Assembly (NCBI GenBank): GCA_945940335.1
Contig: CAMEWH010000003.1
Span: forward strand, 8,847 to 72,846
From: an uncultured Clostridia bacterium
GTDB lineage: Bacteria > Bacillota > Clostridia > Oscillospirales > Oscillospiraceae
DNA: 64,000 nucleotides
Direction of reading: 5' to 3'
Part shown: one piece after another, positions 28,293 to 38,503 of the stretch
Numbering within the stretch: position 1 is the first letter of the stretch
How the letters are laid out: each line of letters starts with the position of its first letter
The notes under the pieces: generated by a model
Databases searched by the model: none
The model's input: only the letters and a program-made list of their open reading frames with translations
Told to the model about the DNA's origin: nothing
Position numbers and translations under genes: made by a program

Positions 28293-29531
28293 ATGAAAAA
28301 ATCCAGGCTGTTTTCGCTGATGATGGTGGCTGTGATGGTATTGGGCCTGTGCGGCAATGCCTTTGCTGCCGATGAGACGGTTACAATTTCCTACTGCAAT
28401 TTCAATGCTTCCGGTGGAAATGAAGAAACACTTGACAAGATGGTTGCCGCTTTTGAAGCGGAGCACCCCAACATCAAGGTCGAAGTGGAGACCATCGGCT
28501 ACAGCGACTACTTTACCCAGATGCAGACCCGGGTTGCCGGCGGCACTGCTCCCGACTGCTACGAGCTGAACATCGAGAACTTCGCGGCCTATGCAAGCAA
28601 GGGCTTGCTGGCAGAAATCACCGGTGTAGATGTCAGCGGTCTGAATGATACCGCTCTGGGCGCTTTCAATGTGGGCGGCAAGCAGTTTGGCCTGCCCGAG
28701 AGCTTCTCCAACGTGGTTCTGATCTACAACAAGGATCTGTTCGACAAAGCCGGTGTGGCCTATCCCACCAATGACTGGACCCAGGACGATCTCCAGGCTG
28801 CCGCAGAAGCGATCCGGGCGCTGGACGAGAACACCTTCGGCATCTGGCAGCCCATCACCTATAACGAATTCTTCAAGGTTGCCGCCCAGTACGGCGGAGC
28901 TCTGCTGAACGAAGAGAAAACGGAATTCACCATCAACTCTCCCGAAAACCTGAAGGCTGCCCAGACTCTGGTGGATCGGGTTCTGGTTTCCAACGTGCAG
29001 CCCAACACTGCCCAGCAGGGCGGCATGGGCGACTGGGATATGTTTATGAGCGGCCGCCTGGGTATGATTCCCACCGGCATCTGGGCATTCCAGACCTTTG
29101 CCGAAAACTGTGAGTTTGAATGGGACATCGTTGTGGAACCCGGCAGCACCCAGAAAGCAACCCACTTCTTCTCCAACTGTGTGGTCATGAATCCCGCCAC
29201 GGAGCATCCCGAAGAAGTCGCCGCCTGGCTTGCCTGGCTGGCATCCTCCACCGCCTCCGCAGACATCCGTCTGGCAGCCGGATGGGATCTGCCCGCCCTG
29301 AAGGATCTGGACGCCCTGGCCTCCTACCTGGAGATCACCCCGCCCGACAATCGGGAAGCCGTGTTTGAGAGCCTGAACTATCTGGTCATGCCTCCCGTGA
29401 TTGAGGATTACGCTCTGATGAGCGACATCATCAGCCAGAAGCTGGCCGCGGCAGCCGACGGCACCGTCACCGCGCAGGAAGCTCTGGATCAGGCCCAGGC
29501 AGAGTGCGTCGAGCAAATCAAGCTTGGATAA
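28293..29531 (+). CDS. Sugar ABC transporter substrate-binding protein
   Basis: Signal peptide; FEAEHPNIKV, YNKDLFDKAG..P..WT motifs. Confidence 0.92.
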   Translation: MKKSRLFSLMMVAVMVLGLCGNAFAADETVTISYCNFNASGGNEETLDKMVAAFEAEHPNIKVEVETIGYSDYFTQMQTRVAGGTAPDCYELNIENFAAYASKGLLAEITGVDVSGLNDTALGAFNVGGKQFGLPESFSNVVLIYNKDLFDKAGVAYPTNDWTQDDLQAAAEAIRALDENTFGIWQPITYNEFFKVAAQYGGALLNEEKTEFTINSPENLKAAQTLVDRVLVSNVQPNTAQQGGMGDWDMFMSGRLGMIPTGIWAFQTFAENCEFEWDIVVEPGSTQKATHFFSNCVVMNPATEHPEEVAAWLAWLASSTASADIRLAAGWDLPALKDLDALASYLEITPPDNREAVFESLNYLVMPPVIEDYALMSDIISQKLAAAADGTVTAQEALDQAQAECVEQIKLG

Positions 29532-29615
29532 TTTTGGGCAGTGGGCCGCTGTGCCTTTGCAGCGGCCCCATTTTTATGGAGTTTCGGAGGTTTCTGGCCT
29601 CCAGGAGGTATCAAA

Positions 29616-30533
29616 ATGAATCCACAAAGCGCGAGAAGAAAGGGAAACAATTTGCTCCTTGCCTCCCCCTTTCTGCTGCCCAGCCTGATCGGATTGCTGA
29701 TTTTCAGTCTGCTCCCCCTGATCATTTCCGGCCTGATCAGCCTGACCGACTGGAACGGTCTGGATCAGCTGACCAAGGCCGGGTTTTTGCAGGAGCACTT
29801 CATCGGCCTTGATAACTACAAGACCATTCTGACCACCCCGGAATTCTGGAAGACACTGGGCAACACAGCGGAATACATCGTGCTGTACATTCCCTTCATG
29901 CTGGCCGCTTCCCTGCTGGTTGCTTACTTGCTCAGCAGACCATACAAAGCCATCGGCACCTTCCGGGTCATTTATTACATCCCTGTCCTTACAAGCTGGG
30001 TAGCCGCCTCCCTCATCTGGAAATCCGTGCTTTCACCCCAGTACGGTGCACTGAACGGCATCCTGAGTTTTTTCGGCATCCAGGGCCCCGGCTGGCTGAT
30101 TGACGAAAAGTGGGCCATGCCCGCCATCGTCCTGGTATCCGTGTGGAAGGATATGGGCTTCTTTGGTCTGATTCTGCTGTCCGGAATTGTGGGAATCAAC
30201 AAAACCTACTACGAAGCGGCAGACATCGACGGCGCGGGCGGATGGAGCAAATTTCTGAAAATCACCCTGCCACTGCTGACGCCGTCCATCTTTTACGTGG
30301 TGATCGTCGCCATGATCAACAGCTTCCAGCTGTTCCCCCAGGTTATGATTATGACCGGCGGCGGCCCCAACGGCGCGACCCAGGTGATGGTGGAACGAAT
30401 CTATCAGTATGGTTTCCGATATTTCCGTATGGGCTACGCTTCGGCATTCTCCTGGATTCTGTTTGCGATTATCATGGTGTTCACCATCATTCAGATGAAG
30501 GGGCAGGAAAGGTGGGTTCACTATGACGATTAA
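29616..30533 (+). CDS. Carbohydrate ABC permease (MalF-like)
   Basis: FIGLDNY, YEAADIDGA..W..F..ITLP EAA loop. Confidence 0.93.
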   Translation: MNPQSARRKGNNLLLASPFLLPSLIGLLIFSLLPLIISGLISLTDWNGLDQLTKAGFLQEHFIGLDNYKTILTTPEFWKTLGNTAEYIVLYIPFMLAASLLVAYLLSRPYKAIGTFRVIYYIPVLTSWVAASLIWKSVLSPQYGALNGILSFFGIQGPGWLIDEKWAMPAIVLVSVWKDMGFFGLILLSGIVGINKTYYEAADIDGAGGWSKFLKITLPLLTPSIFYVVIVAMINSFQLFPQVMIMTGGGPNGATQVMVERIYQYGFRYFRMGYASAFSWILFAIIMVFTIIQMKGQERWVHYDD

Positions 30534-31350
30534 AAAACGAGGCAGTACCGCCGTGTTTTACTTATCCGCAACTGCGCTGGCGTTCCTATCCCTGATTCCA
30601 TTCCTCTGGATGATCTCTACCTCCTTCAAAAGCCGGGGTGCGCTGATGTCCATTCCCATCGAATGGATTCCAAAGGAGCCCACGCTGAAAGCCTACATCA
30701 AGGTATTCTCCAAATTCCCCTTTGCGAAAACCATTGGGAATTCTCTGTTTATCTCCATCTCCTATACGGCAATCACGCTGCTGTCCTCTTCCATGGCTGC
30801 GTTTGCTTTTTCCAAGCTGCGCTTTCCCGGGAGCCAGCTGATTCTGGGCGGCTATCTTGCCACCATGATGATTCCCACCCAGGTCACCATGATCCCGCTG
30901 TTCGTCATCATGAACAAGCTGGGACTCACCGGCACCTACTCCAGCGTTATCATGCCCTCGATTTTCCGTCCCTTTGCCATTTTCCTGCTGGTTCAGCAGA
31001 TGCGAACCATTCCAAACGATTATCTGGATGCCGCGAAAATTGACGGTGCAGGGGTATTCCGCATCTTCTTACAGGTTGCCTTGCCCCTGTGCATTCCCAG
31101 TCTGGCTACCCTGTCCATCACCACCTTCATGGAATCCTGGAACGACTACCTGTGGCCGCTGCTGATGCTCACCGACAAGAACAAAATGACCCTGCCCATT
31201 GCCCTTTCCACCCTGAACGGGCAATATGCCACCGAATACAACGTTCTGATGGCCGGCAGTCTGATTTCCATGATTCCCATTATCATCATTTACATCGTCG
31301 CCCAAAAGCAGTTCAAAGATGGCATGATGGCAGGCGGAATCAAAGGATAA
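30523..31350 (+). CDS. Carbohydrate ABC permease (MalG-like)
   Basis: DAAKIDGA, WNDYLWPL. Confidence 0.93.
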   Translation: MTIKKRGSTAVFYLSATALAFLSLIPFLWMISTSFKSRGALMSIPIEWIPKEPTLKAYIKVFSKFPFAKTIGNSLFISISYTAITLLSSSMAAFAFSKLRFPGSQLILGGYLATMMIPTQVTMIPLFVIMNKLGLTGTYSSVIMPSIFRPFAIFLLVQQMRTIPNDYLDAAKIDGAGVFRIFLQVALPLCIPSLATLSITTFMESWNDYLWPLLMLTDKNKMTLPIALSTLNGQYATEYNVLMAGSLISMIPIIIIYIVAQKQFKDGMMAGGIKG

Positions 31351-31360
31351 GGAGGGGAAT

Positions 31361-33109
31361 ATGGAACGACTTTCTCATCAAACAGCCGCCTTTACGTTTC
31401 AAAACGTGCAGATCACCCGCAATGGTACCAGGCTTCAGATCCGCCTTGTTTACCACGGCGCTTACGGCATGGGTGAAAAATTCGACAACCTGAATCAGAA
31501 GGGAAATACGGTTGTCAATCAGGTGCGGGAGAAGTTCTGCTTCCAGGGCGATAAGACCTACTGCCCTGCTCCGTTTTTCTGGACGGACACCGGCTTCGGC
31601 TTGTATGTGGACACCTGTGAGACCACAGTCTTTGCTTTTCAGGATGACCTGATCGAAGTGGAACTGCCCGAAACAGCAGATGTGGTTTTGTTCTCCGGAA
31701 CGCCGGAAACCATCATTCGGGACTATATGAGCCTTTCTGGTCCCGCCGTGCTGCCCCCGGAGTGGGCGCTGGGTATCTGGGTCTCCGCAAACCGCTGGAA
31801 CAAGCAGAGCGATGTGGAAGCGCTGCTGGAAAAGCTTCAAAAATATGATTTTCCCGCATCGGTTGTGGTATTGGAGGCCTGGAGCGATGAGGCAACCTTC
31901 TACATCTGGAACGAGGCCAAGTACACGAGCGTCCCTGATGGTCAGCCGCTCCGATACGATGACTTCGATTTCAGTGATTCTCCCTGGCCTGATCCTGCCG
32001 GAATGATTCAGCAGGTGCATGATGCCGGTCTCAAACTGCTGCTCTGGCAGGCTCCCATCTATAAAAAACAGGGTGCCGAGGAGCGCCTCAACACCCAGAA
32101 TGAGCTTGACCGGGAGGATGCCGCAGATCGGAAGCTCTGTGTTACCATGCCTGACGGTTCTCCCTACACCATTCCGGAGGGTAACTGGTTCCCCGGCTCC
32201 ATGATCCCTGACTTCACCAATCCCGAAACCGTGAAAAGCTGGTTTGGGAAGCGGCAGTATCTGCTGGACCTGGGCGTGGACGGTTTCAAAACCGACGGGG
32301 GCGAATTTGTCCACAGCGAGCAGGCCCAATTTTACGATGGCTCCACCGGAAAAGAGGGTATCAACCGCTACGCCCGGGACTATACGGAGCGCTACCGCGA
32401 CTTTGTGGGCAGCAGCCGGGTGATTTTCAGCCGTGCGGGTTTCTCCGGGCAGCACACCGTTCCCTGCCACTGGGGCGGGGATCAGCAATCCCAGAACTGT
32501 GAGCTGGCAAGCGTGCTGAAGGCGGGGCTTTCCGCCGCTGCCACCGGAATGATCTTCTGGGGTTTTGATCTGGCGGGCTTTGCAGGTCCCCTGCCCAGTT
32601 TGGACCTCTACCGGCGTGCAACGCAGATGGCCTGCTTCTGCCCCATCATGCAGTGGCACTCCGAGCCGGACGGCGGACAGTTCCGGGAGCTGATGCCCGG
32701 CGCTCAGGGAAACAACGAGCGCAGTCCCTGGAATATGGCGGAAAGCTACGCTGCCCCCGGCTTTATGGACGAAATCCGGTATTGGCACAAGCTCCACGAA
32801 AAGCTGCGGCCCTATCTGTGGGAGACGGCGCAGAAATGCGTCAGGGAAAGCAAGCCCATGATGCGACCCCTTGTTTACGAATGGCCTGCTGATAAGATGG
32901 CAATCCACTGTCAGGATGAATATCTGCTGGGAGACGATTTGCTGGTTGCCCCGCTACTGGAAGAAAACGCAGTATCCCGAAGGGTGTATCTGCCCGAGGG
33001 AACCTGGTTTGATTTCTTTGACGGCAAAGCACATCAGGGCGGTCAGACCATCACCGCCGGCGGAAACGGGAAGCTCCCCGTATTCACAAGAAATGGTTTT
33101 ATACGATGA
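31361..33109 (+). CDS. GH31 alpha-glucosidase/transglucosidase, CtsY-like subgroup, cytoplasmic
   Basis: LEAWSDEATFYIWN, DGFKTDGGE nucleophile motif, W.GD, WGFDLAGF, MQWHSE; no signal peptide. Confidence 0.88.
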   Translation: MERLSHQTAAFTFQNVQITRNGTRLQIRLVYHGAYGMGEKFDNLNQKGNTVVNQVREKFCFQGDKTYCPAPFFWTDTGFGLYVDTCETTVFAFQDDLIEVELPETADVVLFSGTPETIIRDYMSLSGPAVLPPEWALGIWVSANRWNKQSDVEALLEKLQKYDFPASVVVLEAWSDEATFYIWNEAKYTSVPDGQPLRYDDFDFSDSPWPDPAGMIQQVHDAGLKLLLWQAPIYKKQGAEERLNTQNELDREDAADRKLCVTMPDGSPYTIPEGNWFPGSMIPDFTNPETVKSWFGKRQYLLDLGVDGFKTDGGEFVHSEQAQFYDGSTGKEGINRYARDYTERYRDFVGSSRVIFSRAGFSGQHTVPCHWGGDQQSQNCELASVLKAGLSAAATGMIFWGFDLAGFAGPLPSLDLYRRATQMACFCPIMQWHSEPDGGQFRELMPGAQGNNERSPWNMAESYAAPGFMDEIRYWHKLHEKLRPYLWETAQKCVRESKPMMRPLVYEWPADKMAIHCQDEYLLGDDLLVAPLLEENAVSRRVYLPEGTWFDFFDGKAHQGGQTITAGGNGKLPVFTRNGFIR

Positions 33110-33744
33110 AGAACATCAATGCAATCATATTTGATCTGGATGGTGTGATCTGCAGCACGGATCGATACCATTACCTGGCCTGGAAAGAATTGGCCGACAG
33201 CCTGGGAATTCCCTTTGACGAGCAGGTAAACCGGCAGCTTCGGGGGGTAAGCCGCATGGAAAGCCTTGAGATCATTCTGGGGGACCATGGCGGCGAATAC
33301 ACGCCCCAGGAAAAAATGGTCCTGGCAGAGAAAAAGAACGAAATATACAAGCGTTTCCTTTCCGCCATGACTCCCGGTGATCTTCCGGAGGATGTAAGCC
33401 TGACGCTCCAAACGCTGCGCCAGCGAGGGTATCGGCTGGCAATTGGTTCCTCCAGCAAAAATACCCGGCAGATTCTGAAGCAATTGGGTCTGGGGGATTT
33501 CTTTGATGCAGTTGCCGACGGCACCCAAATCACCCGGTCAAAGCCGGATCCCGAAGTATTCCTGCTGGCTGCTTCCCTGCTGGGCGTGTCACCGGAAAAC
33601 GCAATGGTAATCGAAGATGCCGAATCCGGCATCCGTGCCGCAAAAGCAGGCGGATTCCGGGCAATCGGTATCCGAACCGAAGGGAACGACCCCGATTCCG
33701 CCATTACCATTAAAAACCTGCGCAATCTTTTGGACATTCTCTGA
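33106..33744 (+). CDS. pgmB: Beta-phosphoglucomutase
   Basis: FDLDGVI..TD.YH..AW, LRGVSR.ESL, SSSKN, KPDPEVF. Confidence 0.92.
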   Translation: MKNINAIIFDLDGVICSTDRYHYLAWKELADSLGIPFDEQVNRQLRGVSRMESLEIILGDHGGEYTPQEKMVLAEKKNEIYKRFLSAMTPGDLPEDVSLTLQTLRQRGYRLAIGSSSKNTRQILKQLGLGDFFDAVADGTQITRSKPDPEVFLLAASLLGVSPENAMVIEDAESGIRAAKAGGFRAIGIRTEGNDPDSAITIKNLRNLLDIL

Positions 33745-33763
33745 GTACCACAGGCAATAAATT

Positions 33764-33806
33764 CCCCAGGACCTCATCCGGTCAGAAGATGAGGTCCTGG
33801 GGTTTC
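33764..33806 (+). terminator. Terminator-like hairpin after pgmB
   Basis: CCCCAGGACCTCATC/GATGAGGTCCTGGGG followed by TTTCTT. Confidence 0.65.
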
Positions 33807-33892
33807 TTCGCTGTTAACCCGTTTTGCGGATTCGATTCCATATTGCAATTTTCTGTGTACCATCAATTGCTTCAAGCCTACAGCAGGCAGAC

Positions 33893-34108
33893 AAATTGTA
33901 ATATGGCGTACCGGAACCGACGCCCCCTTGGCTCCCCCTATGGGGGAGCTGGCTGCCCCTATGGGGCAGACTGAGAGGGCCAGCATGGCGTGATTTCGGC
34001 TGCTATTATCTAACTGCGGTACCCTCTCAGTCAGCCTGTTCGGCTGACAGCTCTCCCAAAGGGAGAGCCAAGGGGCGCTGCCGTATCTGCCCGCCAAATT
34101 ACAATTTA
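33893..34108 (+). repeat. Palindromic repeat family B, copy 2
   Basis: Arms nearly identical to 22361-22503; AAATTGTAAT...AAATTACAATTT ends. Confidence 0.9.
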
Positions 34109-34168
34109 TTTATCGGTTTCACCCGGCAAACAGGCAAGCCGTGTGAATGAGATAATCGTCAGAAAAAG

Positions 34169-35173
34169 TTACATACTTTTTCGTTTGATCAGTGTCGTCT
34201 CAATTTCTATTTTGATGTTGGCGGAGGGCTTCCTCGCCATAATCGCAATCAGGCGCTCCACCGCTATTTGGCCCAAGGCCTGTTTGGGGACGTGAATGGT
34301 GGTCAGGGGCGGGTCCAGCATTTCGCAGGCGGCGGAGTTGTCGAAGCCCACAATTCCGATGTCCTCCGGGATTCGATAACCCGCCTCCTTGAAGGCCCGC
34401 ATGGCCCCGGCGGCGATCAGATCATTGTCAGCAAAATAGCAGGATGCCAGCGGCTCGGACTGGGCCAGCAGCACCTTCATATCCGCATAGGCTCCTTCCA
34501 CAGAGGGGGCCAGCCGGTGGACAATGGAGGCAGAGGTGGACATCCCGTTGTGGCGAATCGCCTTGTAGAAGCCGTCCGCCCGTTCGTCGAAATTGTTGAT
34601 GGGATAGGACGAGCGCAGATAGCCGGGCTGCTTTCCCCGTTTGGCAATCAGATAATTGGTGGCGGTAAAAGCGCCCTGGACATTGTTGATCAGCACGCAG
34701 TCTCTGGGGATGCCTTCAAAATAGCTGTCCAGCACCACCAGCGGCAGAGGAAGGGAGACAAAGGGCGCAAAATCTCCCCCGCGCATTTCCGTCCCCACCA
34801 AAAGAATGCCTTTGGTATCGGAGGAAAGAAGATTGCGCAGTTCCACCCGGAGATTCTCTTCATGGAGGTACTGTAAATTCATTCGATATCCGGCAGCCCG
34901 GCAGGCATTGGAAATGCCCTCCGACAGAGCGCTGAAAAAGAGGGTATCTCCCACCACCGCACCGTGGCGGCGATACATGAGCAAAGCGATGCTCCCCTTG
35001 TCCGCTTCCTCCCGGATGCGCTGCCTTCCAAAATCAAAGTCATATTCTCTGGCCGCTTTCAACACCCGATCCCGGGTGCTTTCGCTGACGCCGGGCTTAT
35101 TGTTCAGCGCCATGGATACGGCGGCCGCGGACAGCCCCAGTTTTTCCGCCAGTTCCTTTGCTGTGATGGACAT
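34169..35173 (-). CDS. LacI family transcriptional regulator
   Basis: ITAKELAEKLGLS.A.VS.ALN; IVGFDN, PPLTTI. Confidence 0.94.
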   Translation of the reverse strand: MSITAKELAEKLGLSAAAVSMALNNKPGVSESTRDRVLKAAREYDFDFGRQRIREEADKGSIALLMYRRHGAVVGDTLFFSALSEGISNACRAAGYRMNLQYLHEENLRVELRNLLSSDTKGILLVGTEMRGGDFAPFVSLPLPLVVLDSYFEGIPRDCVLINNVQGAFTATNYLIAKRGKQPGYLRSSYPINNFDERADGFYKAIRHNGMSTSASIVHRLAPSVEGAYADMKVLLAQSEPLASCYFADNDLIAAGAMRAFKEAGYRIPEDIGIVGFDNSAACEMLDPPLTTIHVPKQALGQIAVERLIAIMARKPSANIKIEIETTLIKRKSM

Positions 35174-35307
35174 GGAATCAACCCCTTTTCACCCAGTTTA
35201 ACAAATTAAGCAAATTAAGTCAACAAAATGACTTAACTTAAGTTGCAATTAAGAGAATTTAATTATACAATATTTCCATAAACCAGAAATAAGAGGAGTT
35301 GCAGCTT

Positions 35308-36708
35308 ATGAAATCTATCAAAATCGGTTTTGCACCCACCCGGCGCAGCATTTTTTCCGCTCCGGATGCGGTTAAGTTTGCCAATCTGACCCGGGACCGG
35401 CTGCGGGAACTGGGCGTGGAGTTCGTGGACATCACGGACATCAACGAGGAGGGTCTGCTCTATCAGGAGTGCGACCGGATTAAAATCGCAGAGAAATTCA
35501 AAAAAGAGGGCGTGGACGGCCTGTTCTTCCCCCACGGCAACTTCGGCACCGAGTATGAGTGCGCAAGACTTGCCAAGGAGATGGGCGTGCCCGTGCTGCT
35601 GTGGGGCCCCCGGGATGAGCGGCCAGAACCCAACGGTGTCCGCCTGCGGGATACCCAGTGCGGCCTGTTTGCCACCGGCAAGGTACTGCGCCGGTTCCAG
35701 GTCCCCTTTACTTATGTGACCAACTGCCGCCTGACCGACCCGGAATTCCAGCGGGGCATCAAGACCTTCCTGGCGGTGTGCAGCGTGGTAAAGACCTTTA
35801 AGAATATCCGTATTCTCCAGATCGCCCCCCGGCCCTACGACTTCTGGAGCACCATGTGCAACGAAGGCGAGCTGCTGGAGAAATTCAATGTCCAGCTGGC
35901 CCCCATCCCCATGCCTGAGCTCACCGCCGAGATGAAGCGGGTGAAGGCCCAGGGCGTGGAAGTGCCCAACACCGTCTCCTACTGCCGCTCCTGCATGAAG
36001 ATTGAGGTACGGGATGACGAGCTGGAAAATGTGGCCGCCCTGAAGGTGGCCATGAAGAATCTGGCTGCCAAGTATGGCTGCAACGCCATCGCCATCCAGT
36101 GCTGGAATGAGCTGCAGAATGAAATCGGCATCATGCCCTGCGCCGCAAACTCCCTGCTGAATGAGGAGGGCATCCCTACCGTCTGCGAAACCGACATCCA
36201 TGGCGCCATCACCGCCCTGATGGTAGAGGCCGCTTCCCTGGACGACAAGCGCAGCTTCTTTGCCGACTGGACCGTGCGCCACCCCGATAACGAGAACGGG
36301 GAACTGCTGCAGCACTGTGGTCCCTGGCCCATTTCCGTTGCCAAAGAGCAGCCCGCCATCACCTATCCCCTGGCCTTTGACCATCCCGGTGCCGTTGCCG
36401 CTGAGGCAAAGCACGGCGAGGTAACCCTGGCCCGGTTCGACGGTGACAATGGGGAATACTCGTTGCTTCTGGGTAAGGCCCGGGGCATCGACGGCCCCTA
36501 CACCAAAGGGACGTATCTGTGGGTGGAAGTGGAAAACCTGAAGCGCCTGGAGGCCAAGATTGTGGAGGGCCCCTATATCCACCACTGTGTGGGCATCCAC
36601 GAGGATGTGGTCCCCGTGCTGTATGAGGCATGTAAGTATATCGGTGTGAAGCCCGACCTGTACGACAACAACGAGGAACAGGTCAAGGCATACCTGAGAG
36701 GTGAATGA
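35308..36708 (+). CDS. L-fucose/L-arabinose isomerase family protein
   Basis: NFG.E, RD..CG, AIQCW, CETD.HGA, HCG, HH motifs. Confidence 0.85.
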   Translation: MKSIKIGFAPTRRSIFSAPDAVKFANLTRDRLRELGVEFVDITDINEEGLLYQECDRIKIAEKFKKEGVDGLFFPHGNFGTEYECARLAKEMGVPVLLWGPRDERPEPNGVRLRDTQCGLFATGKVLRRFQVPFTYVTNCRLTDPEFQRGIKTFLAVCSVVKTFKNIRILQIAPRPYDFWSTMCNEGELLEKFNVQLAPIPMPELTAEMKRVKAQGVEVPNTVSYCRSCMKIEVRDDELENVAALKVAMKNLAAKYGCNAIAIQCWNELQNEIGIMPCAANSLLNEEGIPTVCETDIHGAITALMVEAASLDDKRSFFADWTVRHPDNENGELLQHCGPWPISVAKEQPAITYPLAFDHPGAVAAEAKHGEVTLARFDGDNGEYSLLLGKARGIDGPYTKGTYLWVEVENLKRLEAKIVEGPYIHHCVGIHEDVVPVLYEACKYIGVKPDLYDNNEEQVKAYLRGE

Positions 36709-37537
36709 GATGAATTACAAAGCCTTTTCCTATGATCTGCGCCGGGACTGCGTGGACATCATCATGGCGGGCGGCGGCGGACACATCGGCGGCGATATGA
36801 GCCTGATGGACGTGCTGACCTACCTGTACTTTGAAGAGATGAATGTATCCCCTGAGAACATGTCCGACCCCAACCGGGACCGCTTCGTCCTCAGTAAGGG
36901 CCACTCCATGGAGGCCTACTACGCGGTGCTCTGCGCCAAGGGCTTCCTGGACCTGGAGGATGTAAAGAAGAATTTCTCTCAGTTTGGCTCCAAGTACATC
37001 GGCCACCCCAACAACAAGCTCCCCGGCATTGAGATGAATTCCGGCTCTTTGGGCCACGGCCTTCCCGTGTGCGTTGGTATGGCTCTGGCGGGAAAGATGG
37101 ATGGCCGCCCCTACCGGGTCTACACCGTGATGGGCGACGGCGAGCTGGCGGAGGGCTCCGTGTGGGAGGCCGCCATGAGCGCCACCCAGTATGGTCTGGA
37201 CAACCTCTGCGCCGTGGTGGACCGGAACCGGCTCCAGATTTCCGGCTGCACCGAGGATGTGATGCATCAGGACAGCCAGCAGGAGCGCTGGGCCGCCTTC
37301 GGCTGGAATGTAATCACCGTAAACGGCCACGATTACGAAGCTCTGGCAAAGGCCTTTGCCGATGCAAAACAGTGCAAGGGTAAGCCCACGGTGCTGATTG
37401 CCGAGACCACCAAGGGCTTTGGTTCTGCCGTGATGGAAAACAAGGCCGGCTGGCACCATCATGTGCCCACCCAGGAAGAATACGAACAGATCATGGCGGA
37501 TTTCGCCGCCAGAAAGGAGGCTGCGCTCCATGAATAA
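36701..37537 (+). CDS. Transketolase, N-terminal subunit
   Basis: GHIGG, DRFVLSKGH, GSLGHGL, GDGELAEGSVWEA ThDP motif. Confidence 0.93.
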   Translation: MNEMNYKAFSYDLRRDCVDIIMAGGGGHIGGDMSLMDVLTYLYFEEMNVSPENMSDPNRDRFVLSKGHSMEAYYAVLCAKGFLDLEDVKKNFSQFGSKYIGHPNNKLPGIEMNSGSLGHGLPVCVGMALAGKMDGRPYRVYTVMGDGELAEGSVWEAAMSATQYGLDNLCAVVDRNRLQISGCTEDVMHQDSQQERWAAFGWNVITVNGHDYEALAKAFADAKQCKGKPTVLIAETTKGFGSAVMENKAGWHHHVPTQEEYEQIMADFAARKEAALHE

Positions 37538-38459
37538 GATTCCCAATCGTCAGGCCATCTGCAATGTGCTGCTGGAAAAGGCCAAGACGGACAAGGACAT
37601 TGTGGTTCTCTGCTCCGACTCCCGTGGTTCTGCTTCCCTGGCTCCCTTCTTCAAGGAATTCCCGGAGCAGAGTGTGGAGGTGGGCATCGCCGAGCAGGAT
37701 CTGGTGAGCATTGCCGCTGGTCTTGCTGCCTGCGGAAAGAAGCCCTTTGCCGCTTCCCCCGCCTGCTTCCTGTCCACCCGGAGTTATGAGCAGTGCAAGG
37801 TGGACTGCGCTTACTCCAATACCAATGTGAAACTCATCGGCATCTCCGGAGGCGTCAGCTACGGCGCTCTCGGCATGAGCCACCACTCCGCCCAGGACAT
37901 TGCCGCCATGGCTGCCATTCCCAACATGCGGGTGTACCTCCCCAGTGACCGTCATCAGACCAAATGCCTGGTGGAAGCCCTGCTGGAGGATGAGAAGTGC
38001 GCCTACATCCGGGTGGGCCGGAATCCTGTGGAGGACATCTATGAGGAAGGAAATTGCCCCTTTGAAATGAACAAGGCTACCTGGCTGCGCCGGGGCACGG
38101 ATGTGGCGATCATCGCCTGCGGTGAGATGGTGCGCCCTGCCAATGAGGCTGCGAAACTCCTGGAGGCCCAGGGTATTTCCGCCACCGTCCTGGATATGTA
38201 CTGCGTCAAGCCCCTGGACAATGCTGCCGTCATCGAGGCCGCTCAAAATGCAAAGCTGGTCGTCACCGTGGAAGAGCACGCGCCCTTCGGCGGTCTGGGC
38301 AGCATGGTGGCCCAGGTGGTGGGCGAGCACTGCCCCCGGAAGGTGAAAAATCTCGCCCTTCCCGACGCCCCCGTCATCACCGGAACCAGCCCCGAGGTGT
38401 TCCACTACTACGGACTGGATGCGGAAGGGATTGCCAAAACCGCTGCGGAACTGTTATAA
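37530..38459 (+). CDS. Transketolase, C-terminal subunit
   Basis: VGIAEQ, G.SHH..QD, YIR.GR, VTVEEH...GGLG. Confidence 0.93.
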   Translation: MNKIPNRQAICNVLLEKAKTDKDIVVLCSDSRGSASLAPFFKEFPEQSVEVGIAEQDLVSIAAGLAACGKKPFAASPACFLSTRSYEQCKVDCAYSNTNVKLIGISGGVSYGALGMSHHSAQDIAAMAAIPNMRVYLPSDRHQTKCLVEALLEDEKCAYIRVGRNPVEDIYEEGNCPFEMNKATWLRRGTDVAIIACGEMVRPANEAAKLLEAQGISATVLDMYCVKPLDNAAVIEAAQNAKLVVTVEEHAPFGGLGSMVAQVVGEHCPRKVKNLALPDAPVITGTSPEVFHYYGLDAEGIAKTAAELL

Positions 38460-38503
38460 TCCCAGGGAAGGACTCAGCAGCCGGATGAAAGGAGAAATAC
38501 AGG

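Noticed and set aside
33774-34097. 107-aa ORF beginning MAGRYGSAPWLSLWESCQ
   Set aside because: It is a translation of repeat family B; a similar peptide appears at the 56.1 kb copy
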